Source of the DNA: Patescibacteria group bacterium
GTDB lineage: Bacteria; Patescibacteriota; Microgenomatia; 2-02-FULL-39-11
NCBI GenBank assembly: GCA_023379265.1
Contig: JAMCUI010000009.1
Span: 100,091-164,090 of the forward strand
DNA length: 64,000 nt
Direction: 5' to 3'
Shown: positions 29,242 to 39,170 of the stretch, one piece after another
How the letters are laid out: each line of letters opens with the position of its first letter
How positions within the stretch are numbered: the first letter of the stretch is position 1
Translations under genes and position numbers: made by a program
The notes under the pieces: model-generated
What the model was told of the DNA's origin: nothing
What the model saw: only the letters and a program-made list of their open reading frames with translations
Databases searched by the model: none

Positions 29242-29946
29242 TCAAAGTTTGGATAATTCAATCTTTGCTTTCATTTCCTCTCCAGATGAAATGAATTTAT
29301 TTTTTTCCATCTCCGACAGGACTATTTCCGCTCGGGTTATGGCGTCGTCTTTATTTGCACTAAGATAGCTGGGAGCGTTTATGAGCGCAAGAAGATATGT
29401 GGCTTGGGGGAGAGTGACTTTGTCCGGTGTGGTATGAAAATAAGTTTCGGAAGCATTGTATATGCCATATGCATGTTTTCCGTAATAGATGGCATTGAGA
29501 TATATAGTAATAATCTGATTCTTGGAGTATTTTCTGGTTATAAACAACGCAAGAATTTTTGACTTGATATCGGTTTGCCAGTTGTCGGTGTTGTCAAAAT
29601 AAAGGTTTTTAGCGAGTTGTTCGGTTATGGTACTTGCTCCCTGTCTTTTTCCAGAGGTGAATGTAAAGAAAAGAGCTCGGATGGAACCGATAAGATCGAT
29701 GCCCGAGTCAGAATAAAAGCGTTTATCCTGAGAAGCTAGAGCAGAATCTTTGATTTTTTGGCTAATTTTATCCGATTGGACATAGCGTATATGGAATTTC
29801 TTAATTTGTATTTGGAATCTTTGAGGAAGTTCATTTGTCAGCATGTTTGCCGGAGGAATAACAAATTTGAATAAAGTCAGAGAGGTAATAATAATTATCA
29901 GAATAAATACGCTCAAAATCCGTAAATAAGATATTTTTTCTTTCAT
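29242..29946 (-). CDS. Monofunctional peptidoglycan transglycosylase (GT51)
   Basis: QDKRFY...GID, GASTITEQLAKN, YLNAIYYG; the canonical EDxRF Glu is Gln here. Confidence 0.85.
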   Translation of the reverse strand: MKEKISYLRILSVFILIIIITSLTLFKFVIPPANMLTNELPQRFQIQIKKFHIRYVQSDKISQKIKDSALASQDKRFYSDSGIDLIGSIRALFFTFTSGKRQGASTITEQLAKNLYFDNTDNWQTDIKSKILALFITRKYSKNQIITIYLNAIYYGKHAYGIYNASETYFHTTPDKVTLPQATYLLALINAPSYLSANKDDAITRAEIVLSEMEKNKFISSGEEMKAKIELSKL

Positions 29947-29976
29947 ATAAATAATGATGTATTATAACAATTAAGC

Positions 29977-30909
29977 ATGAAGAGCCCTATGAAAAAGTAT
30001 TTTCTTTTATTTGCTTCAGTTTTTATAGGATTTTGTGCGTTTTGGTTTTATAAAAATAATTCCAGCCGATTTCTAAAGTTACCGTCAACATGGCAGATTT
30101 CTGGGGGAAAGGGAGTTTTTTCAGGAAAGATAATGGGTAACAGTTTTGATCATATTGCCGTTATAGTTATGGAGAATAAATCTTTCAAGGATATTGTAGG
30201 GAATAGATCCGCTCCATATATTAATTCCCTAATTCCGGAATATAGTCTTTTAGGTAATTACCATGCGGTAGCTCATCCCAGTTTACCCAATTATATTGCC
30301 CTTGTGGGTGGAAGTACTTTTGGAATAGAGAGTGACTGTACGGATTGTTTCATAAAGGGAAATAACCTAGCGAATCAATTGGAACAGTATCACAAAACTT
30401 GGAAAGCATACATGGAGTCAATGCCATCTATATGCTTTATAGGAGGTAGTGGACTATATGTCCAGAAACATAATCCATTTATTTATTTTAACGATATACG
30501 GAATAATAAAGAAAGATGTGATAATATTGTACCTTTTAGTAAATTAGAATCTGATTTGAAATCAAATGTTCCCAATTTTATCTTTATAAGTCCAAATTTA
30601 TGCAATGATATGCATGAATGCTCTACAGCAATAGGAGACAAATGGTTGTCTGTCCAAATTCCGATGATTTTGAATTCATCTGCTTTCAACAAACAAAAAT
30701 CATTGCTTATTCTGACTTGGGATGAGGATGACGGTTTAGAAGACAACAAGGTAGCTGCTATATTCATTGGAAGTGGAATCAAAAAGGGGTATGTTTCTCA
30801 GATTTATTACACTCATTATTCCTTACTTCATACAATTGAAAACCTATGGGGATTGTCTCCGCTTACAGAAAATGTCTCCCAAAGCGCAGTAATTTCGGAT
30901 GTGTTTTGA
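29977..30909 (+). CDS. Phosphoesterase (acid phosphatase/phospholipase C family)
   Basis: HIAVIVMENKS, HPSLPNY, PNLCNDMH, LTWDE. Confidence 0.9.
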   Translation: MKSPMKKYFLLFASVFIGFCAFWFYKNNSSRFLKLPSTWQISGGKGVFSGKIMGNSFDHIAVIVMENKSFKDIVGNRSAPYINSLIPEYSLLGNYHAVAHPSLPNYIALVGGSTFGIESDCTDCFIKGNNLANQLEQYHKTWKAYMESMPSICFIGGSGLYVQKHNPFIYFNDIRNNKERCDNIVPFSKLESDLKSNVPNFIFISPNLCNDMHECSTAIGDKWLSVQIPMILNSSAFNKQKSLLILTWDEDDGLEDNKVAAIFIGSGIKKGYVSQIYYTHYSLLHTIENLWGLSPLTENVSQSAVISDVF

Positions 30910-30926
30910 AACGACCCTCGGAATAT

Positions 30927-31808
30927 TTAGGGAGTAATGGTTGCAGGAGATCCGGTTGCCGTGGAGGTAGGGGTTTTCGTAATAATTACAGAAGGAGTTT
31001 GTACAGTTGCTGACGAAGAAGAAACTGGTTGTCCAGCAATGATAAGTTCGTGGAATAGAGTTCTCATCTGGGAGAAGTCAGAGCGGATTTTGGCAAAACC
31101 TGCCCGTACTACTTGGGCAATATCCTGTCTCACCTGAGCAAATGTTGTTTCTGCGCCTGACGTACCTGAATTGACAGAAACATTTTGGACAGTTGTTATG
31201 TCGTTTGTGAGCGTTGTATTAATAGTTTGCAGTTGAGAAGACGCATCGTTTAACAGGCTTTGTAATTGCGATACGTTTTTTCCCTGAGACTGAAAAGTGT
31301 TGATAAGATTCTGAATCTGGGGAACAAGAACCTGGATATTTGCCGTGACTGTTTGTAGGTTGTTGATGACAATAAGAAGACGAATTTTTGGTTCAAAAAC
31401 CGCATAGATATAATAGCCAGTAATTATTTGTTTAGCATCTGTTCTTGCTGTCGCAAAATCGGTGTCAGCATCAATTTTTGCCTTCAGAGTGGTGAGGCCG
31501 TTAATGTCTGTCTGAATTTCTGCCGAAAGACTGCTTTTTTCACTGGAAGTTAATTTAGAATCGTTTTGTACGCGGTTGTTGAGATTGGTAAGTGATGTCA
31601 GGCGGTTGGTAATAAGTGTGTCTGCCCGCTGAATAATATTTTGTAATTGGTTTTCCTGGCGCTGTGCCGTCTTTGTCGCCTGGTTTTCTAATCTATTTAC
31701 GTCCCGTATGAGCCCGTTACCGAAGTTTTGAGCAAAAACAGGTAAAGCGCTTGAGGCAATAAATGTTCCGGCAAAAGCTGTAGCGGCAATAAATTGTTTA
31801 AGTCTCAT
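30927..31808 (-). CDS. Secreted coiled-coil hypothetical protein
   Basis: Signal peptide, Q/N/T-rich helical body, T/P-rich tail. Confidence 0.75.
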   Translation of the reverse strand: MRLKQFIAATAFAGTFIASSALPVFAQNFGNGLIRDVNRLENQATKTAQRQENQLQNIIQRADTLITNRLTSLTNLNNRVQNDSKLTSSEKSSLSAEIQTDINGLTTLKAKIDADTDFATARTDAKQIITGYYIYAVFEPKIRLLIVINNLQTVTANIQVLVPQIQNLINTFQSQGKNVSQLQSLLNDASSQLQTINTTLTNDITTVQNVSVNSGTSGAETTFAQVRQDIAQVVRAGFAKIRSDFSQMRTLFHELIIAGQPVSSSSATVQTPSVIITKTPTSTATGSPATITP

Positions 31809-32227
31809 AATCCGTTTGTACTATCTTGAGATTTATCGATGTTATTAATACTGTTTAGATCGGTATCTGTTTGATTGATGGCTTGTTGCATAGTAGTGTC
31901 TGTGTTATTTAGCGTCTGATCAACATTTGAGGAAGTTATTGGGGTAACAGCTGGGGTAGTAATAGCAGTCGGATAAACTGCCACTGGTAAACTTGTTGGT
32001 TGCGGATTCACGGTTGTCTGCGTTTTTTTACCACTCATCATCAAAGTGTAACTTCCGGCAACAAAAAGAATAAGGACAATAAGAGCTAAAATGATATAAA
32101 TATGCTTTTGATTCCTAGGTTTTGCAGGATTTTGTGCAGTTGCAACCGGCGTTTCTTGAGGAGGATTTGATGGAGCATCTTGTGGGATGTTTGGTGTGGG
32201 TGAAGGGTTGGCAGATTGTGTTTCCAT
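31805..32227 (-). CDS. Single-pass membrane protein with P/T-rich linkers
   Basis: One TM flanked by low-complexity regions; overlaps the next gene by 4 nt. Confidence 0.7.
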   Translation of the reverse strand: METQSANPSPTPNIPQDAPSNPPQETPVATAQNPAKPRNQKHIYIILALIVLILFVAGSYTLMMSGKKTQTTVNPQPTSLPVAVYPTAITTPAVTPITSSNVDQTLNNTDTTMQQAINQTDTDLNSINNIDKSQDSTNGL

Positions 32228-32267
32228 AATTTACTGATAGTGGAAATTATATCCCCTTAAAAACTAG

Positions 32268-32295
32268 TTGACAATATATCGAATAGTGATATAAT
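32268..32295 (+). promoter_or_regulatory. PadR promoter with overlapping palindromic operator
   Basis: TTGACA -16- extended TGaTATAAT; palindrome TATATC-N7-GATATA; ATG 7 nt after the -10. Confidence 0.65.
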
Positions 32296-32302
32296 TTGGA
32301 TT

Positions 32303-32674
32303 ATGAGCAAAAACAAAACCTTTGCCAACCCCAATGTCTCACTCACTCCCCAGATTTTTTATATCTTATTGTCTTTGGCTACAAAAGATCGCCACGGATA
32401 TGACATCATGAAACAGGTAGCCATTGATTCCCAAAATAAAATAAGGCTGGGTCCAGGTACGCTTTATGGTGCAATAAAAAGGATGTTGGAAGAGAAATTA
32501 ATCACAGCGGTTAGATCAGATGACAAAAGACGCAAATATTACCGGCTTACTGGGAAAGGCAGGACGATCTTTTCCGGAGAGTTAAACAGATACAATAATG
32601 CCGTCATTCTGGCAAGAAACAGAAGATTATTTAGTGGATTTTCAACTGTCCTCTTAAATCCAATATATGAATAA
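32303..32674 (+). CDS. PadR-family regulator
   Basis: RHGYDI, GPGTLYGAIKRM, RRKYYRLTGKG. Confidence 0.92.
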   Translation: MSKNKTFANPNVSLTPQIFYILLSLATKDRHGYDIMKQVAIDSQNKIRLGPGTLYGAIKRMLEEKLITAVRSDDKRRKYYRLTGKGRTIFSGELNRYNNAVILARNRRLFSGFSTVLLNPIYE

Positions 32675-33368
32675 AGCGAGAGATTGGATTTTATCTTTGC
32701 CAGTTTATACATTTTATAGCATGTTGCTTTTGTTTTATCCTCCAGATTACCGCAGAAAATTCGGGCAGGAGATGTTTCTTACTTTCCAGGATATGTACCG
32801 TGAGGAGATGATGGAGAAAGGAAAAGCGAGTACCGGTTTCTGGTTGGAGGTAATTGGTGATGCTTTTTCCAGTGCAGTGGGTCAGCATTTACAGATGATT
32901 CAAAAACAAGGTGTAAGAAAGTATTCACGCAAAACACTCAATTTGAATAAATACAATATTATTGGCGGAATTTTACTTTTACCGGCATTTGGTATATTTG
33001 CCCTAGACATAGTTTCGCGCGTCCTTCAGGGGGATATTGTCCATTACAACCGGGCGTTATATGCGTTTCTATCTCATACCCCTTTGTATAGGACTCCTAT
33101 CCTTTTTTCCTGGGTGATACTTTTTCCATTATTGGCAGTGCTGATAAATCTTGTTCCGGTGATAAATTATTTCAGACGAAAACATACGGTGAAAATAAGC
33201 GTTTTATTTATAGAGAGAAATCTTATCAGCATTGCAATTTTGGGAGTAGGATTGTTTTTCCTTGCTATTGTCAAGCTGCATGATTTTGCCCCCTGCATGC
33301 TTCACGGATTGTTAAAGTTCGGGGGAAGTCAAATGCTGAAAATAATTTCAGTTTGCAGCAAGGCTTGA
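32667..33368 (+). CDS. PadR-associated membrane protein
   Basis: LLFYPPDYRRKFGQEM N-terminal motif followed by TMs. Confidence 0.75.
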   Translation: MNKARDWILSLPVYTFYSMLLLFYPPDYRRKFGQEMFLTFQDMYREEMMEKGKASTGFWLEVIGDAFSSAVGQHLQMIQKQGVRKYSRKTLNLNKYNIIGGILLLPAFGIFALDIVSRVLQGDIVHYNRALYAFLSHTPLYRTPILFSWVILFPLLAVLINLVPVINYFRRKHTVKISVLFIERNLISIAILGVGLFFLAIVKLHDFAPCMLHGLLKFGGSQMLKIISVCSKA

Positions 33369-33369
33369 T

Positions 33370-33633
33370 ATGAAAAAAAAGATATTGATTATTACCGGAG
33401 TTTTAGTTTTATTAGTTTTTATTTTTGTCATTTATCAGATTAGAACCCTTCAAAAAGCCCACAGTACTTTTGAAAATTATTATGTTTTCAGAGGGTGTAT
33501 AAAATTGGTAAAGAAGACAGATGATTGGGGACTTTGTCAATTACCCTCCGGTCGGATTATCAAACTTGTCAAGTTTCAAGACAAATGGTATCTGGATGGA
33601 GATTTACCAATTTACCGTTTTAATTTCCTCTAA
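33370..33633 (+). CDS. Small membrane-anchored hypothetical protein
   Basis: N-terminal TM; directly follows the previous gene. Confidence 0.65.
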   Translation: MKKKILIITGVLVLLVFIFVIYQIRTLQKAHSTFENYYVFRGCIKLVKKTDDWGLCQLPSGRIIKLVKFQDKWYLDGDLPIYRFNFL

Positions 33634-33658
33634 TAAACACTTCTGGTTGCCTCCCTAT

Positions 33659-33674
33659 TTAAGTCTTGACTTAA
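33659..33674. promoter_or_regulatory. Putative ArsR-family operator overlapping the -35
   Basis: Perfect palindrome TTAAGTC-TT-GACTTAA containing TTGACT. Confidence 0.6.
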
Positions 33675-33702
33675 CAAAAATCTATTGTAAGATAGATTAC
33701 AA

Positions 33703-34065
33703 ATGGATATTTTTTCAGCTTTGGCTGAACCAAGACGGAGGGAGATTATTGAACTTTTGGCTCATAATGGTCAAATGACCGCTTCCGACATTAGCGATAA
33801 TTTCCATATCAGTTCTCCGGCTGTTTCCCAACATCTGAAAGTGCTCCGCCTGACGGATTTGGTGGAAGTGGAAAAACAATCGCAGAAAAGAATTTATAGA
33901 CTAAACCTGCAAAAAGTAGATGAGCTCGAAACGTGGGTTCTACAGTTACAAAAGAGCTGGGAGGATAAATTTGATAAGCTGGATAAAATAATTGAAGATG
34001 AAAAAGCAAAATTACAAACATTAAAAACTACCACAAAAGCAAAAAGGAGAAAATATGCCAGATGA
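33703..34065 (+). CDS. ArsR/SmtB-family regulator
   Basis: FSALAEPRRREI, AVSQHLKVL. Confidence 0.92.
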   Translation: MDIFSALAEPRRREIIELLAHNGQMTASDISDNFHISSPAVSQHLKVLRLTDLVEVEKQSQKRIYRLNLQKVDELETWVLQLQKSWEDKFDKLDKIIEDEKAKLQTLKTTTKAKRRKYAR

Positions 34066-34552
34066 ATCCAAAAAGGAACTGGTAATGACCCGGGTTTTTG
34101 ATGCTCCGCGGGAGCTGGTTTTCAAAGCTTGGACGGATCCGCATTTGATAACAAAATGGTGGGGGCCAAGAGGGGTCTTTATACCGGTTTGTGAGGTAGA
34201 CGCAAAACCAGGCGGAAATATCAATATTGTTATGGAGGCGGATGAAACCTTGGGAAAGTTCAAGGGGACGAAGTGGCCGATGGAGGGAAAATTTGAAGAA
34301 ATTGAAAAACCTTCAAAAATTGTGTTTACCGCAAATGCGGTAAATGAAGGTAGAGTGATTCTTGAGCACAAGACTACAGTGACTTTTGAGGAGGAAAACG
34401 GAAAGACAACGATGAAAGTACACGTTGTTGTCACAAAAGCACTTCCTGGTTCAGAATTTGCAATAAAGGGTATGGAACAGGGATGGAGAGAGCAGTTTGA
34501 TAAACTGGTAGAATTTATCAGACAGGGAGGCAAAGAAGGTGAGTATAGATGA
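34055..34552 (+). CDS. SRPBCC/AHSA1-like protein
   Basis: TRVFDAPRELVFKAWTDP..KWWGP, GMEQGW. Confidence 0.92.
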   Translation: MPDESKKELVMTRVFDAPRELVFKAWTDPHLITKWWGPRGVFIPVCEVDAKPGGNINIVMEADETLGKFKGTKWPMEGKFEEIEKPSKIVFTANAVNEGRVILEHKTTVTFEEENGKTTMKVHVVVTKALPGSEFAIKGMEQGWREQFDKLVEFIRQGGKEGEYR

Positions 34553-35013
34553 ACAAGTATATAGTTGATTTTATAAATGTTTCTACGGTTGGTTTAGAGT
34601 CTTCACCTGTTGCAAAAGCTCTTGCAGGACTGCGTGCCAATGAAGCCCGTTACTTTATGAATAAATACAATCATAAATTTACGGTTGTACCAGCTATCGA
34701 AAGCAAGGAGACTCTTGATTATGTAAATAAAATTTTGAAGGAAGAACGTGATATTGAATTTGTGGCCAAACCTTTAGAGACGTCTCGTTTTCAAGTAAAA
34801 AATATTAAATGGACTTACGTCTTTTATGAGGACGGTCTTGGAGTAAACATCTTGTATACGGTTGATGATCCCAAGAAGAGGGCAGTTGGTTTTAAACTTT
34901 CTGAGGGTATGGAAATACCAAAAGAGTTAGGGAAGTTTAAGTTTGCGAAGCAGAAGTCTAAACTAGCTGGGACAATTCGAGGTTCGTATTTTGTAATTAA
35001 AGGTGAATATTAA
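34549..35013 (+). CDS. Hypothetical protein
   Basis: 154-aa ORF coupled to the upstream gene by an ATGA overlap. Confidence 0.75.
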   Translation: MNKYIVDFINVSTVGLESSPVAKALAGLRANEARYFMNKYNHKFTVVPAIESKETLDYVNKILKEERDIEFVAKPLETSRFQVKNIKWTYVFYEDGLGVNILYTVDDPKKRAVGFKLSEGMEIPKELGKFKFAKQKSKLAGTIRGSYFVIKGEY

Positions 35014-35026
35014 AAAGCAACGGGAA

Positions 35027-35061
35027 TAGTTGGTAGTTAGTTGTTGGTGGTTGGTGGATAG
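35027..35061 (+). repeat. Degenerate heptamer tandem repeat
   Basis: TAGTTGG TAGTTAG TTGTTGG TGGTTGG TGGATAG. Confidence 0.5.
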
Positions 35062-35137
35062 TTTTTTGTGAGATTTCTCACAGAATTCCCGTGATAGGAG
35101 ATTAAACTTTTCCATAAAAGAAAGGAGGTGATTTTAA

Positions 35138-35542
35138 ATGTCACGACTTCATCCTTATTTAAATTTTAACGGCCAGGGTTTTGCAGCAATGAATTTTTAT
35201 CATTCGATTTTCGGCGGAGAGCTGAAAACCCAAAGTTACGGTGAATCCGGTCAGGCAAGAAAGGAATCCGAAAAAAAATTACTCATGCATGCGGAGCTTA
35301 AAACGGACAATTTCACTATTTTAGCAAGTGACGGAAACGAGGAGCACAAAGTGACAATGGGTAACAGTGTCAATATGTGCCTTGTGGGAAATGAAGCCAA
35401 ACAGTTGACGGATTATTTTAACAAGCTGGCAGAGGGAGGGAAAATCACTATGCCTCTGGCAAAGCAATTTTGGGGTGATACGTATGGAATGCTAACTGAT
35501 AAATTCGGAATCCACTGGATGGTAAATATATCAGCAAAATGA
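35138..35542 (+). CDS. VOC/PhnB-like protein
   Basis: PYLNFNG, MHAEL, FWGDTYGMLTDKFGIHWM; strong SD AAGGAGGTG. Confidence 0.9.
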   Translation: MSRLHPYLNFNGQGFAAMNFYHSIFGGELKTQSYGESGQARKESEKKLLMHAELKTDNFTILASDGNEEHKVTMGNSVNMCLVGNEAKQLTDYFNKLAEGGKITMPLAKQFWGDTYGMLTDKFGIHWMVNISAK

Positions 35543-35649
35543 ACTGAATAAATAAAGTTCATCCATTCATTCAAGACTTATTAACAGGATAGGCTTAAGA
35601 ATAAGGGTAAATTTATTATTGGAAATTAATTGAAGGGAGGTGAAAAGAA

Positions 35650-36021
35650 ATGTTGAGTTTGAATTCTTTAATGATTTTTTCAGAGGACCCCAAAAAATTG
35701 AATGAATTTTACAAGAAAGTATTCCAGAAAGAAAATGACATGGAGGATGGCGGATATTATGGATTTGTAGCGGGAAATACTTTCCTGGGTTTTGGACCTC
35801 ATAATAAGGTCAAAGGGATGAGTAAAAATCCGGAGCGTATGATGCTCAACTTTGATACAAAAGACGTAAAGGGAGAATTTGTGAGGATAAAAAAGCTTGG
35901 AGCAAAAGTGATCGCAGAGCCTTATCAGATGCTCGGTTCTGATATGTGGATTGCGACATTTGCCGATCCTGACGGAAATTATTTCCAATTGACTACGCCC
36001 TGGGAAGGAGATAAGAAATGA
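35650..36021 (+). CDS. VOC/glyoxalase family protein
   Basis: FYKKVF, ATFADPDGNYFQL. Confidence 0.88.
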   Translation: MLSLNSLMIFSEDPKKLNEFYKKVFQKENDMEDGGYYGFVAGNTFLGFGPHNKVKGMSKNPERMMLNFDTKDVKGEFVRIKKLGAKVIAEPYQMLGSDMWIATFADPDGNYFQLTTPWEGDKK

Positions 36022-36590
36022 GAGAAATAAGTATGTTTACGATGGTTTCCCTTGACGGCTTTTTTGAGGGTAAAGGTCATGATTTGAGTTGGCATAAAGT
36101 GGATAGCGAGTTTAACAATTTTGCTATCAGACAACTGAAAGAAGCTGATACGCTTATTATGGGAAGTAAAACGTATCAGCTTATGGAAGGTTTTTGGCCG
36201 ACGAAGGCAGGACTTAGGGAAAACCCTGTTGTTGCCCGGATGATGAATACAATGCAAAAAATCGTATTTTCAAAAACTCTTGGAAAAGTGAAAGAAACTG
36301 AATACTGGAAAAACGTTAGGCTTGTGAAAAATAATGTCGCAGGAGAATTAAAAAAGCTTAAAAAACTTCCCGGGAAGGATTTGCTGATTCTGGCAAGCAG
36401 TAATTTATGCACCACTTTATTGGAGATGGATCTTTTGGATGAGTTGCGGATTATGATAAATCCTGTGGTTATAGGAAATGGTACCAGATTGTTCGAAGGT
36501 TTCAAATTTAAATTAAGTCTTAGTCTTTTTAACACAAAAACATTCGGCAACGGTAACGTGCTTTTGTATTACAGAGTTTCTCCTCAATAA
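36018..36590 (+). CDS. Dihydrofolate reductase/RibD C-terminal family protein
   Basis: VSLDGFFEG, MGSKTY, LLDELRIMINPVVIGNG. Confidence 0.9.
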   Translation: MREISMFTMVSLDGFFEGKGHDLSWHKVDSEFNNFAIRQLKEADTLIMGSKTYQLMEGFWPTKAGLRENPVVARMMNTMQKIVFSKTLGKVKETEYWKNVRLVKNNVAGELKKLKKLPGKDLLILASSNLCTTLLEMDLLDELRIMINPVVIGNGTRLFEGFKFKLSLSLFNTKTFGNGNVLLYYRVSPQ

Positions 36591-36619
36591 ATATATACAT
36601 TAATCTTCTCAAGCGATCT

Positions 36620-37552
36620 TCAATTTTCAGTGACAAAGAATTCAGACATGACGGGACTTTTTTGAGTCTGTACAGTAAGAGGAGGTATGTTCCAGGCTTT
36701 TTCTATAGTATGGAGTAGTGAATAATGATTGTAATATGTCTGTGATAAGTAATTCTTTTTGACATCTTTCCCTATAAAAATTGTAGGAATATGGTTTTTT
36801 CCAGATGTTTCCGCTTCGTCCCATGTCAATATTAAAAGAGAATTCTGATCATCAAACATAGGTGAATTCAGGATTTTATGTATCTGTATAGATAGCCATT
36901 TGTCTCCTTTATCTACGCCGCAGTAGTGCATGTCATTGCAGAGGTTTGGGCTTATCCATATAAAGTCGGGCGCGTTTTGGGGGTTTGCCAAATCATTTGA
37001 TAACGAAGCATACGGTACTATCTTGTCACATCTTTTTATATTTCTGAAGATGTCATAAAAATATACAAATGAGTTGTATTTGCGGGTATAGGGATATGAA
37101 CTTTTCAAAAAGCAGGAATTTGGAAGAGACTCAAAATATGCTTTCCATGTCTTATTGGCTTTTTCCAGCTGATCTATAAGATTGGTTTTGGATATAAAAC
37201 AATTGACACAGTCGGTCGTTATTCCAAACGTGGATCCGCCCAAAATAGCTAGATAGTTTGGTAGGCTAGGGTGAGAGATGGCATAATAATTTCCTGCAAG
37301 GCTTCCAGATTTTATGAGGTTGTTTATAAACGGGGCATTTTTACTTCCTACGATTTCATCATAGGATTTGTTTTCCATTACGATAAGAACTATATGGTCA
37401 AAGTGAGGAATGGTTGCTGTTGTTTCCTGTAGTTTATCAACTTTACTTTCACCGGCAAGATCAGAAAATGTATCAGCTGACAGCTTTAAGTTAATTATGA
37501 GAGCGGCAAAAATAAGTGTTGAGATAATAAAGTACAATAATTTTCTAGGCAT
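36620..37552 (-). CDS. Phosphoesterase (paralog of 29977-30909)
   Basis: HIVLIVMENKS, HPSLPNY, PNLCNDMH, LTWDE. Confidence 0.9.
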   Translation of the reverse strand: MPRKLLYFIISTLIFAALIINLKLSADTFSDLAGESKVDKLQETTATIPHFDHIVLIVMENKSYDEIVGSKNAPFINNLIKSGSLAGNYYAISHPSLPNYLAILGGSTFGITTDCVNCFISKTNLIDQLEKANKTWKAYFESLPNSCFLKSSYPYTRKYNSFVYFYDIFRNIKRCDKIVPYASLSNDLANPQNAPDFIWISPNLCNDMHYCGVDKGDKWLSIQIHKILNSPMFDDQNSLLILTWDEAETSGKNHIPTIFIGKDVKKNYLSQTYYNHYSLLHTIEKAWNIPPLTVQTQKSPVMSEFFVTEN

Positions 37553-37634
37553 ATCTTAGAATACCGAATTCAATAAATAAATTAAATGGTTGTATACAAT
37601 TTTATTATAATCGCAAATCCGTCTTTCTCAATCG

Positions 37635-37673
37635 TTGACAGTTGAGAAAACTGATAGTATATTGGTATCAGTT
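37635..37673 (+). promoter_or_regulatory. FTR1 promoter with 9-7-9 palindromic operator
   Basis: TTGACA -17- TATATT; AACTGATAG-TATATTG-GTATCAGTT at 37649-37673. Confidence 0.7.
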
Positions 37674-37684
37674 GATTAAAGACT

Positions 37685-38518
37685 ATGTTCACTACGGCAA
37701 TTATCGCGTTCAGGGAGTTTCTTGAAGCATTTTTGATAGTAGGTGTTTTTTTGGGAATATCAAAAAAACTGAAACTAAAAAGAGAGATGGAGATAGTGCT
37801 GGCAACACTTTTTGGCGTAGTACTTTCTCTTTTTCTTGCCAGTGTTACCTATATGGTGGGTGATAAGGCGAGGACAGTATTTACCGAGGAAAATGCCGAT
37901 ATTTTGGAAAGCTATCTTCTTGTCTTTTCCGGATTGTTTATAGCCTATGTAGTTTTTTCCTTACATAATGTAGTCAGGAGAGGTAGGAGACTTACGCTTC
38001 TAAAAGCGCATAATGAACTTTCGCAAGATGCGTTTGATGTATCACTTTTTTTTACCATAGTATTTCTAGTTCTTAGGGAAGGTTTTGAGACAGCCCTTTT
38101 TACCGCCAGTGTTTCTCTCTTTTCGGCATTTAGCCAAAATTTCATTGGGCTTTTACTGGGTTTTGCGGGTGCCACTATATGCGGGTTGGCCACCCTTGCA
38201 GCTTATATCAGATTTCCAATAGGCAAAGTATTCAAAGTTACAGAATATATGATAATCCTTTTGGGCGCATCTCTAACCCAGCATGGTTTAACACAAATGT
38301 TGGCGAAATATTTTCATTTAGATCTTTCAATAATTTTTTCCTTTAATTTGCAGTTTTTGCCAGGCGAGGATACGTTTATCGGGCATTTGCTTCAGGGATT
38401 TTTGGGGGTAGACAGGGGATTTAGCCTTCCCCGGCTTATCATTATGTTTGTATATTTTGCTGTAATTTATACACTTTTCGTCAGACAGAGGAAAAAAGTT
38501 ACCAAGGTTTACCACTGA
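37685..38518 (+). CDS. FTR1/EfeU-family iron permease
   Basis: Two RExxE motifs (REFLEA, REGFET). Confidence 0.9.
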   Translation: MFTTAIIAFREFLEAFLIVGVFLGISKKLKLKREMEIVLATLFGVVLSLFLASVTYMVGDKARTVFTEENADILESYLLVFSGLFIAYVVFSLHNVVRRGRRLTLLKAHNELSQDAFDVSLFFTIVFLVLREGFETALFTASVSLFSAFSQNFIGLLLGFAGATICGLATLAAYIRFPIGKVFKVTEYMIILLGASLTQHGLTQMLAKYFHLDLSIIFSFNLQFLPGEDTFIGHLLQGFLGVDRGFSLPRLIIMFVYFAVIYTLFVRQRKKVTKVYH

Positions 38519-39062
38519 TTCTTATTGGACCAATTTCAAGATCCCGGTGTTTTACGGTAAGTGAAAAAAGGAAAAGTGAGGCAAGTGCTAATACTGCCAG
38601 GATAGTTGTGTGAGTGGCGACAAGAGTCAGAAGTTTTGTCTGCTGAGTAATTATTACAAGTGGATAAGCACAATAGGCCATCTGTAAAGTCATGGAAATC
38701 ATGTGCCAATATCCTCCAGCGTTGAATCGCCATGGTGAGGGCATAATCCACTCTTTCCAATGGGTAATAGACATGACGATATGAGTAGTGACCATAATAA
38801 CAAAACCTAAAACAAATGCCTGAATAATGTATTCCATAAGAGGTTTGGCGGATACGATAAAAAGGTATTTTAGAATAATTGTATCAATCATTCCGGCAAG
38901 TACAACATCCATTACAATTCCCCAGAAATTGCATCCCACAAATCCTGCTGTTCTTTTTTTGAAAAGCCCGAATTTGCCGGCATATATAAGAAGCGGAATA
39001 AGCCAGTTGAGTATTCCGGATAAAATAACAATAACTAGATACGGAAGAAGTCGGGTTGTCAT
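38499..39062 (-). CDS. Hypothetical membrane protein
   Basis: About five TM segments. Confidence 0.7.
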   Translation of the reverse strand: MTTRLLPYLVIVILSGILNWLIPLLIYAGKFGLFKKRTAGFVGCNFWGIVMDVVLAGMIDTIILKYLFIVSAKPLMEYIIQAFVLGFVIMVTTHIVMSITHWKEWIMPSPWRFNAGGYWHMISMTLQMAYCAYPLVIITQQTKLLTLVATHTTILAVLALASLFLFSLTVKHRDLEIGPIRISGKPW

Positions 39063-39170
39063 AAAAGAATATTAAAATATAATAAAAGATTTTTATCAAC
39101 GGTTTGTTTTTTCCCCTTTTTATAGAACTCATCTTGATACTCTGTTTTTAGCTTCAATTATATTATTCCT

